NCBI GenBank assembly: GCA_963674755.2
Contig: CAXXVS010000003.1
Coordinates: forward strand, 1,376,001-1,440,000
Reading direction: 5' to 3'
Length of the DNA: 64,000 bases
DNA from: Desulfobacterales bacterium
GTDB taxonomy: Bacteria > Desulfobacterota > Desulfobacteria > Desulfobacterales > UBA5852
The notes under the pieces are model-generated. The model did not search any database. It was not told where the DNA came from and saw only the letters and a program-made list of their open reading frames with translations. This document shows, piece after piece, positions 21,688 to 30,347 of this stretch (positions are counted from its first letter, which is position 1; every line of letters begins with the position of its first letter). The translations under genes and the position numbers were made by a program.

Positions 21688-22227
21688 TCATTCCGGCATT
21701 GTGCCGGCCGAGATGGCTTTTGCGCGATGGCGCTTTCCGGCGGGCGTCTTTGCCGATGCGGCCGCCGGTTCCTGATGACGCAACCAGGGGAAGCGGCGCA
21801 CCGCTGCGGGCTGCAGCAGGGTTTGCAACGTCGGGCGGGCCGGGTGCCACAGCATGACGGCAGCCAGGGCGGCCACTACGGTTTCCGGCGCGAGGGTGCC
21901 CAGGTGGTCCACCGGCCCATAGATCAAGCGGCAGGCGGCAGCTACCTCGTCCTTGCGCCCCCAGGCCAGGCAAGTCTGCATGAGTCTGCGGCCCACGGCG
22001 GCCGTGAGCGCGCACTGACCCTTGCACAGGGCCCCCACCAGGGCGCGCACCGGGCGCCCGCCCAAGCCGACCCATTGGTGGAAGTCCGTGACCGTCAATT
22101 CCGGTGATCGCCCGCTGCGGGGATCACGGGCCATGTGACCGTCCATCAGGACCACCAGTCCACGGCAGCAGATGATGGTCTCCCGGTCGCTAAGGGCGGT
22201 GATGGTTTCGCGCAGGTCGGCTTGCAT
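21688..22227 (-). CDS. Hypothetical protein
   Basis: Most plausible ORF in the gap; no recognisable motif. Confidence 0.4.
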   Translation of the reverse strand: MQADLRETITALSDRETIICCRGLVVLMDGHMARDPRSGRSPELTVTDFHQWVGLGGRPVRALVGALCKGQCALTAAVGRRLMQTCLAWGRKDEVAAACRLIYGPVDHLGTLAPETVVAALAAVMLWHPARPTLQTLLQPAAVRRFPWLRHQEPAAASAKTPAGKRHRAKAISAGTMPE

Positions 22228-22240
22228 AGAGGTATCTAAC

Positions 22241-22256
22241 GCACAAGACGTGCCAA
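22241..22256 (-). promoter_or_regulatory. Possible sigma-54 (-24/-12) promoter
   Basis: Minus strand TTGGCACGTCTTGTGC resembles TGGCAC-N5-TTGC. Confidence 0.35.
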
Positions 22257-22440
22257 TAGAACCGCGCCACTCCCCGGAAAATGAGCATGCTCCCATTTCC
22301 CTATGTCCGCCGGGTGGGACGGCTTTATAGAATCTTCTTCCCGGGCAAAGCGGTGAGGCCCTGTTTGTTAATCTTCTTGGCGGTTGATCGTTAAGATGAT
22401 TGACACCCGGGCATCCGGCGAAGACGTTCTTCTCCTGTCT

Positions 22441-23652
22441 TCATTCCGGCACGATACCAGGCAGGGCCCGGCGCATCTGCCGCAGGGCCTGGCGAATGCG
22501 GTGCTCGTTTTCCACCAGGGCCAGGCGCAGGTAGCCTTCCCCCTCCTCGCCGAAGCCGATGCCCGGTGCGACCGCCACGTTGCCTTCTTCCATCAAGCGC
22601 AGAGCGAATTCCATGGAGCCCATGGCATCGTAAGGCGCCGGCAGTTTGGCCCACACGAACATGCCGGCCCGGGGGCGGGTGATCTCCCATCCCATTTTCT
22701 GCAACCCTTCACAGAGGATGTCCCGCCGCAGTTGGTACTTCTCTACCTGTTCCTCGATTTCAGCATCGCAGTGGCGCAGGGCCATGATCCCCGCCACCTG
22801 AATGGCGGAAAAAATGCCGTAATCATAGTACCCTTTGATCTTGGCCAGTCCTGCAATAATCTGTCGATTGCCGACGCAATACCCCAGACGCCAGCCGGCC
22901 ATGTTGTAGGTCTTGGAGAAGCTGCCGAACTCGACACCCACCTCCCGGGCTCCGGGAACTTCCAGGAAGCTGGGCGGCTGATAGCCGTCGAAGGCGATCT
23001 TGGCATAGGCGAAATCATGGATGACCATGAAGTCGTAGCGTTGGGCCAGGCGCACGATCTCCCGGAAGAGATCCCGGCTGCCGAGCATGGCGGTGGGGTT
23101 GTGGGGGTAGTTGAGGATCAGCAGTTTGGGCCGCGGGGAGACATTGCGGCACATGTCGGCGATGCGGCGCACGAAGACCTCGTCTTCATCCAGCATGATG
23201 CGGATCACGCTGCCCCCGGCAATGATGGCGGCGTAGATGTGCACCGGAAAGGCCGGGGCCGGGACCAGGACGGTGTCCCCCGGTCCCACCAGGGCCAGGC
23301 AGAGGTGGGAGATGCCCTCCTTGGAGCCGATGGTGCAGATGACTTCGGCATCGCTGTCCAATTCGACGCCGTAATCGGCCTGGTAGCGCAGGGCGATTTC
23401 CCGGCGCAGGCTGCGCAGGCCGTCGGCGGCCGGGTAGCGGTGGGTCTTGGGATCCCGGGCCACCTCGCTCAGTTTTTCGCTCACTGTGGTGGGGGCCGGA
23501 TCGATGGGGTTGCCCATGCCGAGATCGATGACGTCGTCCCCCCGCCGGCGTTTTTCCATTTTCGATTTGTTGATCATGCCGAAGAGGTAGGGCGGGAGCT
23601 GGCTCATGCGTTGGGCGAAACGGATGGTGGGCGGGTGATCGTTCATGGCCAT
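22441..23652 (-). CDS. alaC: Class I/II PLP aminotransferase, AlaC (glutamate-pyruvate) type
   Basis: LPPYLF, KRRRGDDVIDLGMGNP, TIGSKEG, NYPHNPT, HDFAY, SFSKTYNMAGWR, ALVENEHRIRQA closely follow E. coli AlaC/YfdZ; the upstream Ala-rich leader supports this. Confidence 0.8.
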   Translation of the reverse strand: MAMNDHPPTIRFAQRMSQLPPYLFGMINKSKMEKRRRGDDVIDLGMGNPIDPAPTTVSEKLSEVARDPKTHRYPAADGLRSLRREIALRYQADYGVELDSDAEVICTIGSKEGISHLCLALVGPGDTVLVPAPAFPVHIYAAIIAGGSVIRIMLDEDEVFVRRIADMCRNVSPRPKLLILNYPHNPTAMLGSRDLFREIVRLAQRYDFMVIHDFAYAKIAFDGYQPPSFLEVPGAREVGVEFGSFSKTYNMAGWRLGYCVGNRQIIAGLAKIKGYYDYGIFSAIQVAGIMALRHCDAEIEEQVEKYQLRRDILCEGLQKMGWEITRPRAGMFVWAKLPAPYDAMGSMEFALRLMEEGNVAVAPGIGFGEEGEGYLRLALVENEHRIRQALRQMRRALPGIVPE

Positions 23653-23694
23653 TTTCCTTTTTTGATAAGGGTGAGTGTTTCCCGATCGTCCAAT

Positions 23695-23766
23695 AAAAAA
23701 CCCCGGGCCGTTCATGCTCGGCCCGGGGTTTAAAAAAAGCCATGGGCCGATTGGCCAGCCCATGGC
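23695..23766 (-). terminator. Two tandem intrinsic terminators in the alaC leader (attenuator)
   Basis: Minus strand GCCATGGGCTGG-CCAA-TCGGCCCATGGC-T7, then CCCCGGGCCG-loop-CGGCCCGGGG-T6. Confidence 0.85.
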
Positions 23767-23790
23767 GACGGTTACAGCATCTATGCTTGT

Positions 23791-23868
23791 TTAGCTGCTG
23801 TCGACCGCATCAAGGGCTGGCACCCCGGCTGCGGCCGCTGCAGCTGATGTCAACATCAGCGTTGTCAT
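23791..23868 (-). CDS. Alanine-rich leader peptide MTTLMLTSAAAAAAGVPALDAVDSS (25 aa)
   Basis: AAAGGAAA RBS, ATG 23868, six consecutive Ala codons GCT GCA GCG GCC GCA GCC, TAA at 23793-23791. Confidence 0.8.
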   Translation of the reverse strand: MTTLMLTSAAAAAAGVPALDAVDSS

Positions 23869-23901
23869 TGGATGGATTTCCTTTTTGAACGAAACGCCGT
23901 C

Positions 23902-23930
23902 ACCTTAAGGAAATTCGTCCATCCTGTCAA
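23902..23930 (-). promoter_or_regulatory. Sigma-70 promoter of leader-alaC
   Basis: TTGACA-17 bp-TAAGGT on the minus strand. Confidence 0.7.
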
Positions 23931-24418
23931 ATGCAAACTTGTTGCCAGCCCTTCGGCAGGTCGCTTGCGGCCAGCCCTAACGTTTCAGCGAAGGCCTTCA
24001 GTTGGTAGGCCGTGCAATTGACGGCGCCGGGTGGTCGCCCGTGGGCCACGTCATCGGTTTCAACCGCCAGGAACCTCGCCAGGGCTTGGGCCGCCGCCTG
24101 ACGGTGGGGTGTGGTATCACGGCCTTCCCGTTCGCAGAAGCGGGTCAGGCGCTGCCAGTTCGCGATGGCTCGGGCCAACCCCCGATAGATGGAACGGTCG
24201 CGGAAGCGCGGGTTGAGATCCCGCAGGAGGATGCGCTGATAGCGCTGCTCCACGGCATCCTTCAGCGACGCGATGTCTTCCGGCGTCAGATCCAGACAGG
24301 GCCCGCCACGATCCTCCTGGAGATCGTAGAGCGCGGTATGCAGGGCGACTTCGGGCATTTCCCCCGAGTGGTGAATGGCGAAAACTTCCTCTTCGATCAA
24401 ACTGTGGTGATCCGTCAT
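23927..24418 (-). CDS. Hypothetical protein
   Basis: GGAGG RBS; 163 aa; host-like codon usage. Confidence 0.75.
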   Translation of the reverse strand: MTDHHSLIEEEVFAIHHSGEMPEVALHTALYDLQEDRGGPCLDLTPEDIASLKDAVEQRYQRILLRDLNPRFRDRSIYRGLARAIANWQRLTRFCEREGRDTTPHRQAAAQALARFLAVETDDVAHGRPPGAVNCTAYQLKAFAETLGLAASDLPKGWQQVCI

Positions 24419-24742
24419 GGTGCGATAGGCCTCCTGAGGGGATGACGGCCAAGGTGCCGCGCGGATAGAGCCCCAAATGGCTTGAAACTTGCAAATTTTA
24501 CAGTGCAGGACAAAAGCAATGCCCGGTATGTTGTAGGAAAGCGATATGATTACAGTATGTTGGTGTTATCAATAAAAGAGCTCGGGTGAACAGACGAACA
24601 CCCCGACAGGCGTGTTCTGTATCTTTTATAATACGGCCTGTCAATCCGGCTTTGCCGCACCAAGGGCAGCGCCCGTATTGAGTGTCTATCCAAAGATGCC
24701 ATTGATGGATGCGCACTATGCATCGCGAAAGGGTGGAGTACC

Positions 24743-25684
24743 ATGCTGGTCCATGTCATCGGGAATGCATCGCCAACCCAACTGGAAACGCCGCTCAAGG
24801 CCAAGGGGGACGCCCCTGTTCTGCGGGAAAAGGTTTTCGGCCTGCCGGTGGACCGCGATATCCTGTTCGCCGACGAACACAACATCTACCAGCCCGCCAT
24901 CGAAAAACGGCAGCGCAAATGGATCGTGAAACTGTCCTTTTTAAAACCGTTTCTGCTGTCCGGCGAACGCATCCTGCGCATTACCCCGGCCCGTTCGCCC
25001 ATCCGCTGGCGCGAACAGCTGGTCACCGGCGGCTTGTTCCTGAACCTCGAACGGGCTTTCCTCATTTTTACCAGCTATCGCATTCTGCACATTCCCACCG
25101 GCAGTGACTTCGCCTACCGTCAGTGCATCGCCCAGGTCCGCTACAGGGATATCCGCAGCATCCGCCTGGGCTGGCAGGGCCTTGTCATGGATTACAAAAA
25201 CGGCCGCCGGGAGTGCTTCGGCGGAATTCCCCGGCGCGAAAAAAAGAAAATCCGCCAGCTGCTGCCGGCCCTGCCCCTGGTCAAACAGACGCTCCAGCCG
25301 GTGGGCCGCCGGCACCTTTGCCCCCGTTGCACCGCTGTCCTCTCGGAGCGCACCATGCGCTGCCGGCGGTGTGCCCTTCCCTTCAAGTCCCGCAAAATCG
25401 CCGCCCTGATGGCAGTCCTCTTCCCTGGCGGGGGCTATGTCTATCTACGCTTGATTTTCCCGGCCATCGTTCTCGGCCTTCTCGAAGTATTGGTGCTGGC
25501 GGCCTTCGTGGCGACCGAGGCGCATGTCGTGCCGGTAGAAGCGAACCGCTTTCTGATATTGGCCGGCCTGGGCCTGATCTGGGTTGCCATCAAGACGGCC
25601 GGATGGCTGCACGCCGGTCATTTCATCAAGCAGTATATTCCTCGCAAGGTCCGCCTGGGCCATTGGTCGCCATCCGGATCCTGA
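24743..25684 (+). CDS. Membrane protein with Cys-rich Zn-ribbon and C-terminal TM helices
   Basis: CPRC...CRRC, then LFPGGGY and hydrophobic helices. Confidence 0.75.
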   Translation: MLVHVIGNASPTQLETPLKAKGDAPVLREKVFGLPVDRDILFADEHNIYQPAIEKRQRKWIVKLSFLKPFLLSGERILRITPARSPIRWREQLVTGGLFLNLERAFLIFTSYRILHIPTGSDFAYRQCIAQVRYRDIRSIRLGWQGLVMDYKNGRRECFGGIPRREKKKIRQLLPALPLVKQTLQPVGRRHLCPRCTAVLSERTMRCRRCALPFKSRKIAALMAVLFPGGGYVYLRLIFPAIVLGLLEVLVLAAFVATEAHVVPVEANRFLILAGLGLIWVAIKTAGWLHAGHFIKQYIPRKVRLGHWSPSGS

Positions 25685-25903
25685 ACTTAACCGTTTGTGC
25701 CGCTGGCATGGCGCGCGGGATGGGGGGGGTGCTGAAAAGGGAGGTTCCCCGGCTGCGGCAGAACAGCCGGGGAACGGGCTTCGATGACGGAGGCGAATGC
25801 CTCGTCGGCAGAAATTTGGGCAATGTCTCCTGTGGGGTGTATCGACACAACCACTCGGTGATCCCAGCCAATATCGGGATCAATCGCATCCTATTTTTAT
25901 CCG

Positions 25904-26075
25904 TTGTTCATTTTCTTTCGCGTGAAAGAAAACGGAACCAAAAGAAAACGCCCGTGCTCCGCTTTTTCCTGCGCGTCGTCGCCACAACCGGAGCACGCGG
26001 AAACTCGCTTCGCTCAAACAGTCCGCGCGCTTTTTTCCGGTTGCATCGCCGATGCTCGGCGCGGAGCAAAGGGAT
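25904..26075. repeat. Dispersed REP/MITE-like repeat, copy A
   Basis: Shares blocks TTGTTCATTTTCTT, TCCTGCGCGTCGTCGC, CCGGAGCACGCGGAAAC, ACAGTCCGCGCGCTTT and GCCGATGCTCGGCGCGG with 29079-29293. Confidence 0.8.
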
Positions 26076-26192
26076 AAACCCACTAACTTCTTACAGAGTT
26101 CCCACCTGAATTGAAGGTATAAAGTATGCCGATTTTGTAGTGAGAGACTCGCTCAGAGAAGAAATAAAAGGGCTTTAAGGTTCGCATTGATA

Positions 26193-26224
26193 CTCGAATC
26201 CTCGACCCCTTGGCCCCTGGAACC
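26193..26224. repeat. Degenerate octamer tandem repeat
   Basis: CTCGAATC CTCGACCC CTTGGCCC CTGGAACC; a similar run lies at 28529-28560. Confidence 0.55.
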
Positions 26225-26233
26225 CTTTCCTTC

Positions 26234-26617
26234 TCAAGCCGCCTTTTTGTCTTCTCCCGATGCGGCCTTGCGGGGTTTGCGCCGGACTTCTCCCTGCAGA
26301 ATCAGCTCTTCGCGGACGATTGCCGGGCGTCGGTAGACCGTCTCCTGCCGGAGGCAGCTCTTGGGGCAGGCGGCCACACAGATGCCGCAGCCGATGCAGG
26401 CCATGGGGTCCAGAGTCCAGGTGGCAGCGGCCTTGTCCACCGAAATGCATTGGGACGGGCATTTACGGGCGCAGGCCCCGCAAAAGATGCAGTCTTCCAC
26501 CGCATTGGCCAGTTCGCCCCGGGCGCGTTCAAACGGCTCGCGCTGCTCGATGGGGTAGAGACGGGTGGCGCTTTTGCTGAACAAATTTTTCAGGATGTGG
26601 GGCGTCATGAACATCAT
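26234..26617 (-). CDS. echF: Ech hydrogenase subunit F (2x[4Fe-4S])
   Basis: CIFCGACARKCP and CIGCGICVAACP; operon position. Confidence 0.9.
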   Translation of the reverse strand: MMFMTPHILKNLFSKSATRLYPIEQREPFERARGELANAVEDCIFCGACARKCPSQCISVDKAAATWTLDPMACIGCGICVAACPKSCLRQETVYRRPAIVREELILQGEVRRKPRKAASGEDKKAA

Positions 26618-26629
26618 GGTGGCGTTCTC

Positions 26630-27706
26630 CTATCGTTCGGTGCAGCTGATGCAGGGGTCAATGGACAGGACGATCACCGGCACGTCCGCCAGCTGGCAGC
26701 CGGGCAGCATGGCCAGCAGGGGGGCGATATTGGCGAAGGTGGGCGTGCGGATGCGCAGGCGCTCCAGGTGTTTGGACCCGTCGCACTTCATGTAGTAGAG
26801 CAGTTCCCCCCGGGGCTGCTCCACACGGCTGACCATCTCCCCTTCGGGGAAGCCCTTGACCTTGACGTTGATTTCGCCGGCCGGCAGCTTGTCGATGGCC
26901 TGGCGCACCAGGTCGATAGACTGCAGGGTTTCCCGGAAGCGCACTGCCCCTCGGGCGTAGGCATCCCCGTCGGTTTCCACCACCGGTTCGAAATCCAGCT
27001 CGTCGAAGGCAGCGTAGCGCAGCTGGCGCATGTCCTGGGCCCAGCCGCTGGCCCGCAGGGTGGGACCGGCCGCGCCCAATTCATAGGCTTGAGCCTTGTC
27101 GAGCACCCCCTTGCCCACCGTGCGCTTCTTGACGGTGTAGTCATTGAGCATGGTGGTCTGGATGGCCTTCAATTCTTTTTCCACGAGGTCCAGCTCCTTC
27201 AGGATCCACTGCTGTTGTTCGACGGGAATGTCGTAGCGCACGCCGCCGATGACGTTTACCGAAACGATCACCCGGTTGCCGCTGGTAGCCTCGTTGATGT
27301 CCATGATGCGTTCGCGGATTTTCCACAGCTGCATGAACAGGCTCTCGAAGCCGAAGGCATCGGCATAGAGTCCCAGCCAGAGGAGGTGGCTGTGCATGCG
27401 GTGCAGCTCGGACCAGACGACTCGCAGGAGACGGGCCCGGGGAGGCGCTGTCACGTCCATTTGTTTCTCGATGGCCTGGCAATAGCACATGGCGTGAATC
27501 ATGGAGCAGATGCCGCAGACCCGTTCCACCACCTGGATCATCTGGTGGATGTCGCGGATTTCGCAAAGTTTTTCCAGGCCGCGATGTACGAATCCGATCT
27601 GGGGGATGGCTTCGGTAACGATTTCGTCTTCCATCACCAGTTTCAAGTGCAGCGGTTCCGGTAGAACGGGATGCTGAGGGCCGAAAGGGATCGTCATTTT
27701 GGACAT
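26630..27706 (-). CDS. echE: Ech [NiFe]-hydrogenase large subunit (group 4e)
   Basis: GPQHP, L1 RVCGIC, L2 DPCISCTER with no C-terminal extension. Confidence 0.95.
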   Translation of the reverse strand: MSKMTIPFGPQHPVLPEPLHLKLVMEDEIVTEAIPQIGFVHRGLEKLCEIRDIHQMIQVVERVCGICSMIHAMCYCQAIEKQMDVTAPPRARLLRVVWSELHRMHSHLLWLGLYADAFGFESLFMQLWKIRERIMDINEATSGNRVIVSVNVIGGVRYDIPVEQQQWILKELDLVEKELKAIQTTMLNDYTVKKRTVGKGVLDKAQAYELGAAGPTLRASGWAQDMRQLRYAAFDELDFEPVVETDGDAYARGAVRFRETLQSIDLVRQAIDKLPAGEINVKVKGFPEGEMVSRVEQPRGELLYYMKCDGSKHLERLRIRTPTFANIAPLLAMLPGCQLADVPVIVLSIDPCISCTER

Positions 27707-27991
27707 GCGTCTACCTCGTCTGGGGGGTGAAGGCGGCCGGCGTGTCCTGGCGAAGACGACGCCGGCCGCGTTCGGGTATAACGGACGGCCGTGGGGCCGC
27801 TGTTGTGTGGAACATTTCGCATGGACGGGCTTGCGCCGCGGTGTTTTGGGAACAAAGGAGGCGGTCCCGCCGGCCGTCCGTTAATCGGTGTTGACTTCAT
27901 GCTGAATCGCTCGTTGTCGCCTTTGCAAAAGCGTTCACCACGAAGGGCACGAAGAGAGAAAAGAATCTTTGTACGGTTTCGTGGCATTTTT

Positions 27992-28384
27992 CTATCGGCC
28001 CTGCTTGGCCGATGAGGACCGGGTAGCTTTGACGACGCCATATTTGCAAAAGGGCGTCCGCCCGACCTCCTCTTCCAGGTAGAGGCCGGCCTCGTAGTCC
28101 AGGGCCAGGCCATCGAAGCGCAGGCCGAACTGATCCTGGATCTCGTTTTCCACCAGAACAGCAGCGAAATAGGCCCCGGAAATGCTGGGAACCGGGCGAT
28201 TCTTGCTGACATTCACCCGGAAGTGCTGCAAGGTGATCTCCCGGTCGAAGTGATAGATCAGGTCCACCTCGTGCGCGTTGAGATCCACTGCCGTCAGGGT
28301 CACCAGGCGGTAGCCGGCCTGTTTCATCCGTTTGGCGGCAGGGATGATTTCGTCGGTGGTGATGGAAGACATGTTGTCGATCAT
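27992..28384 (-). CDS. echD: Ech hydrogenase subunit D (NuoC-like)
   Basis: LIYHF, VPSIS, ENEIQDQFG. Confidence 0.88.
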   Translation of the reverse strand: MIDNMSSITTDEIIPAAKRMKQAGYRLVTLTAVDLNAHEVDLIYHFDREITLQHFRVNVSKNRPVPSISGAYFAAVLVENEIQDQFGLRFDGLALDYEAGLYLEEEVGRTPFCKYGVVKATRSSSAKQGR

Positions 28385-28567
28385 GTTCGGTTTTTCCTTT
28401 TTAGGATTCTTCGCGCGTTGTTTCGGGGCGCCGTGGGATTCAGGGCATAAAGACCGGAATAGCGGAGTGCTTCATCCAAATTACTTGGGTGGAAAGGCTT
28501 TACAACCCACCTTCCTGTCTGTCTTTCACCCGATCCCCTGGGGCCTTGAACCCTCGGCCCCCTGAAG

Positions 28568-29011
28568 TCACGCCGCCTCCCGGGCCTTGCTCTTGAAGAC
28601 TTCGATGGCCTGCACCACGCCGTCGATGATGGCCTCCGGTTTGGGGGGGCAGCCGTAGACATAGACGTCCACCGGGATCACCTTGTCGATGCCCCCCACC
28701 ACATTGTAGGCCTCCCGGAAGATGCCGCCGGACAACCCGCAGGCCCCGATGGCGATGACGGCCTTGGGGTCCGGAATCTGGTCGTAGATCTTCTTCAGGA
28801 CATGCTTGTTGCGGTGGTTCACCGTGCCGGTCACCATGAGGATGTCGGCGTGCTTGGGGTTGCCCACGTTGACCACCCCGAAGCGCTCCACGTCGTAGAC
28901 GGGTGTCAGGCAGGCCAGCGTCTCGATGTCGCACCCGTTGCAGCTGCCGCAGTCGAAGTGCACGATCCAGGGTGACTTGGCGCGCGCTTTTTCGATAAAG
29001 TCTTTAATCAT
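28568..29011 (-). CDS. echC: Ech hydrogenase small subunit C
   Basis: SPW..CGSCNGCDIE, GACG, GCPPKPE; GGAGG RBS. Confidence 0.93.
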   Translation of the reverse strand: MIKDFIEKARAKSPWIVHFDCGSCNGCDIETLACLTPVYDVERFGVVNVGNPKHADILMVTGTVNHRNKHVLKKIYDQIPDPKAVIAIGACGLSGGIFREAYNVVGGIDKVIPVDVYVYGCPPKPEAIIDGVVQAIEVFKSKAREAA

Positions 29012-29078
29012 GATATATCTTTTATCCTCCCGGACGCTAAAATTTCCGTATCGTATTGCCAATCTTGCGACGTTTTGT

Positions 29079-29293
29079 TTGTTCATTTTCTTCCACGTGG
29101 AAGAAAACGAACCAATCACGCCACGGCGTGACAGGCTTCAGACGCCCGTGTCCCGCTTCATCCTGCGCGTCGTCGCGTCGGCCGGAGCACGCGGAAACAC
29201 GCTCCGCCTTCGCTCTGGCTACGGCAGAGCTCAGACAGTCCGCGCGCTTTATTCCGTCCGCCCAGCCGATGCTCGGCGCGGGACAAATGGGAT
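29079..29293. repeat. Dispersed REP/MITE-like repeat, copy B
   Basis: Homologous to 25904-26075, with two small hairpin insertions. Confidence 0.8.
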
Positions 29294-29351
29294 CAAATCA
29301 AAAATCGTGAACAGCATTTTTTAACCAGGACAAAACCATATCCAATCTTAT

Positions 29352-29496
29352 AGGGTCGATGCAGAAAAGAGGATTTTTGATCCTGATCAAGGCCGCACAA
29401 GGGTTTTGCTGTGAGGCGTACATCGGTACGCCGCAGCAGGAAAACCCGCTGCGACCGGCCGAGCAGGCTCATAAAGACCTTTTCTGGTCGGCTCCT
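29352..29496. repeat. Long imperfect hairpin element (REP-like)
   Basis: Nested inverted repeats CAGAAAAG/CTTTTCTG, GGGTTTT/AAAACCC, GGCGTAC/GTACGCC. Confidence 0.55.
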
Positions 29497-30347
29497 CATT
29501 TGGTGTAGAGCCATATGATATTGATGATTGACATGGCCAATCCCACGCTCCACACGTAGCCCAGCATCCAGCGCCAGGTCATGCGCGCCATGGCATTGTC
29601 CACGATCAACTCCGCAAAATAGGTTATGCCGACGAGCAGCAGCATGCCCGCCGCGCTGGTGGCCCAAAACAGGGCGCACAGTCCCAAAATCAAAACGGTT
29701 TCGTACCAGTGGCCGATTTCGATCAGGCCAAGAATGGGGCCGGAATGTTCGGTCAAAACGCCCTTGACGATTTCCTGGTGCCCGTGGTGCGAAGTCGAAA
29801 AGTCGAAGGGTGACTTGCGCAGCTTGATGGTGAGCGCATAGGTCAGGACCAAGAAGATCAGTGGCAGCTCCTTGAGCAACGGCGTAGCATGGCCGTAGAC
29901 GGCGGAGATCTTGAAGCTGCCGGTCACCGAGTAGATGGTGACGAACACCAGAATAAGAAGGGGTTCGTAGGTCAGCACCTGGATCAGCTCCCGCTGAGCG
30001 CCCACCTGGGCGTAGGGCGAGGGCACGGCCATGCCCCCCAGCACCAGGAAGACCGCACCCACGGCCTGCACGAAAAAGATCAGCAGGAGGTCCGATTGCA
30101 GAAAGAAGAGCACCACCGAGAGCACCGCCCCCACCAGGTAGACATAGGCGCAGAAGACCTGCCAGGCATTGGGCACGATCATCTGTTTGCCGAAGAGTTT
30201 GGCCACGTCGTAAAAGGGCTGCAGGATAGGCGGGCCGAAGCGGGCCTGCAGGCGGGCCGTGATGCGGCGGTCGATGCCGGCGATAAGCCCGCCCAACAGC
30301 GGCGCGCCCCCCAGGGCGAACAGAATCAGCAGGGTATCCTTGATCAC
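29496..30347 (-). CDS. echB: Ech hydrogenase membrane subunit B (NuoH-like)
   Basis: GIDRRITARLQARFGPPILQPFYD, KSPFD; GTG start overlaps the echA stop. Confidence 0.93.
   Translation of the reverse strand: MIKDTLLILFALGGAPLLGGLIAGIDRRITARLQARFGPPILQPFYDVAKLFGKQMIVPNAWQVFCAYVYLVGAVLSVVLFFLQSDLLLIFFVQAVGAVFLVLGGMAVPSPYAQVGAQRELIQVLTYEPLLILVFVTIYSVTGSFKISAVYGHATPLLKELPLIFLVLTYALTIKLRKSPFDFSTSHHGHQEIVKGVLTEHSGPILGLIEIGHWYETVLILGLCALFWATSAAGMLLLVGITYFAELIVDNAMARMTWRWMLGYVWSVGLAMSIINIIWLYTK

Noticed and set aside
22384..23733. Long antisense ORFs (also 26210-27664, 30512-32293, 50433-51653, 52260-53684)
   Set aside because: Shadow frames of well-supported genes on the opposite strand in GC-rich DNA; no motifs.
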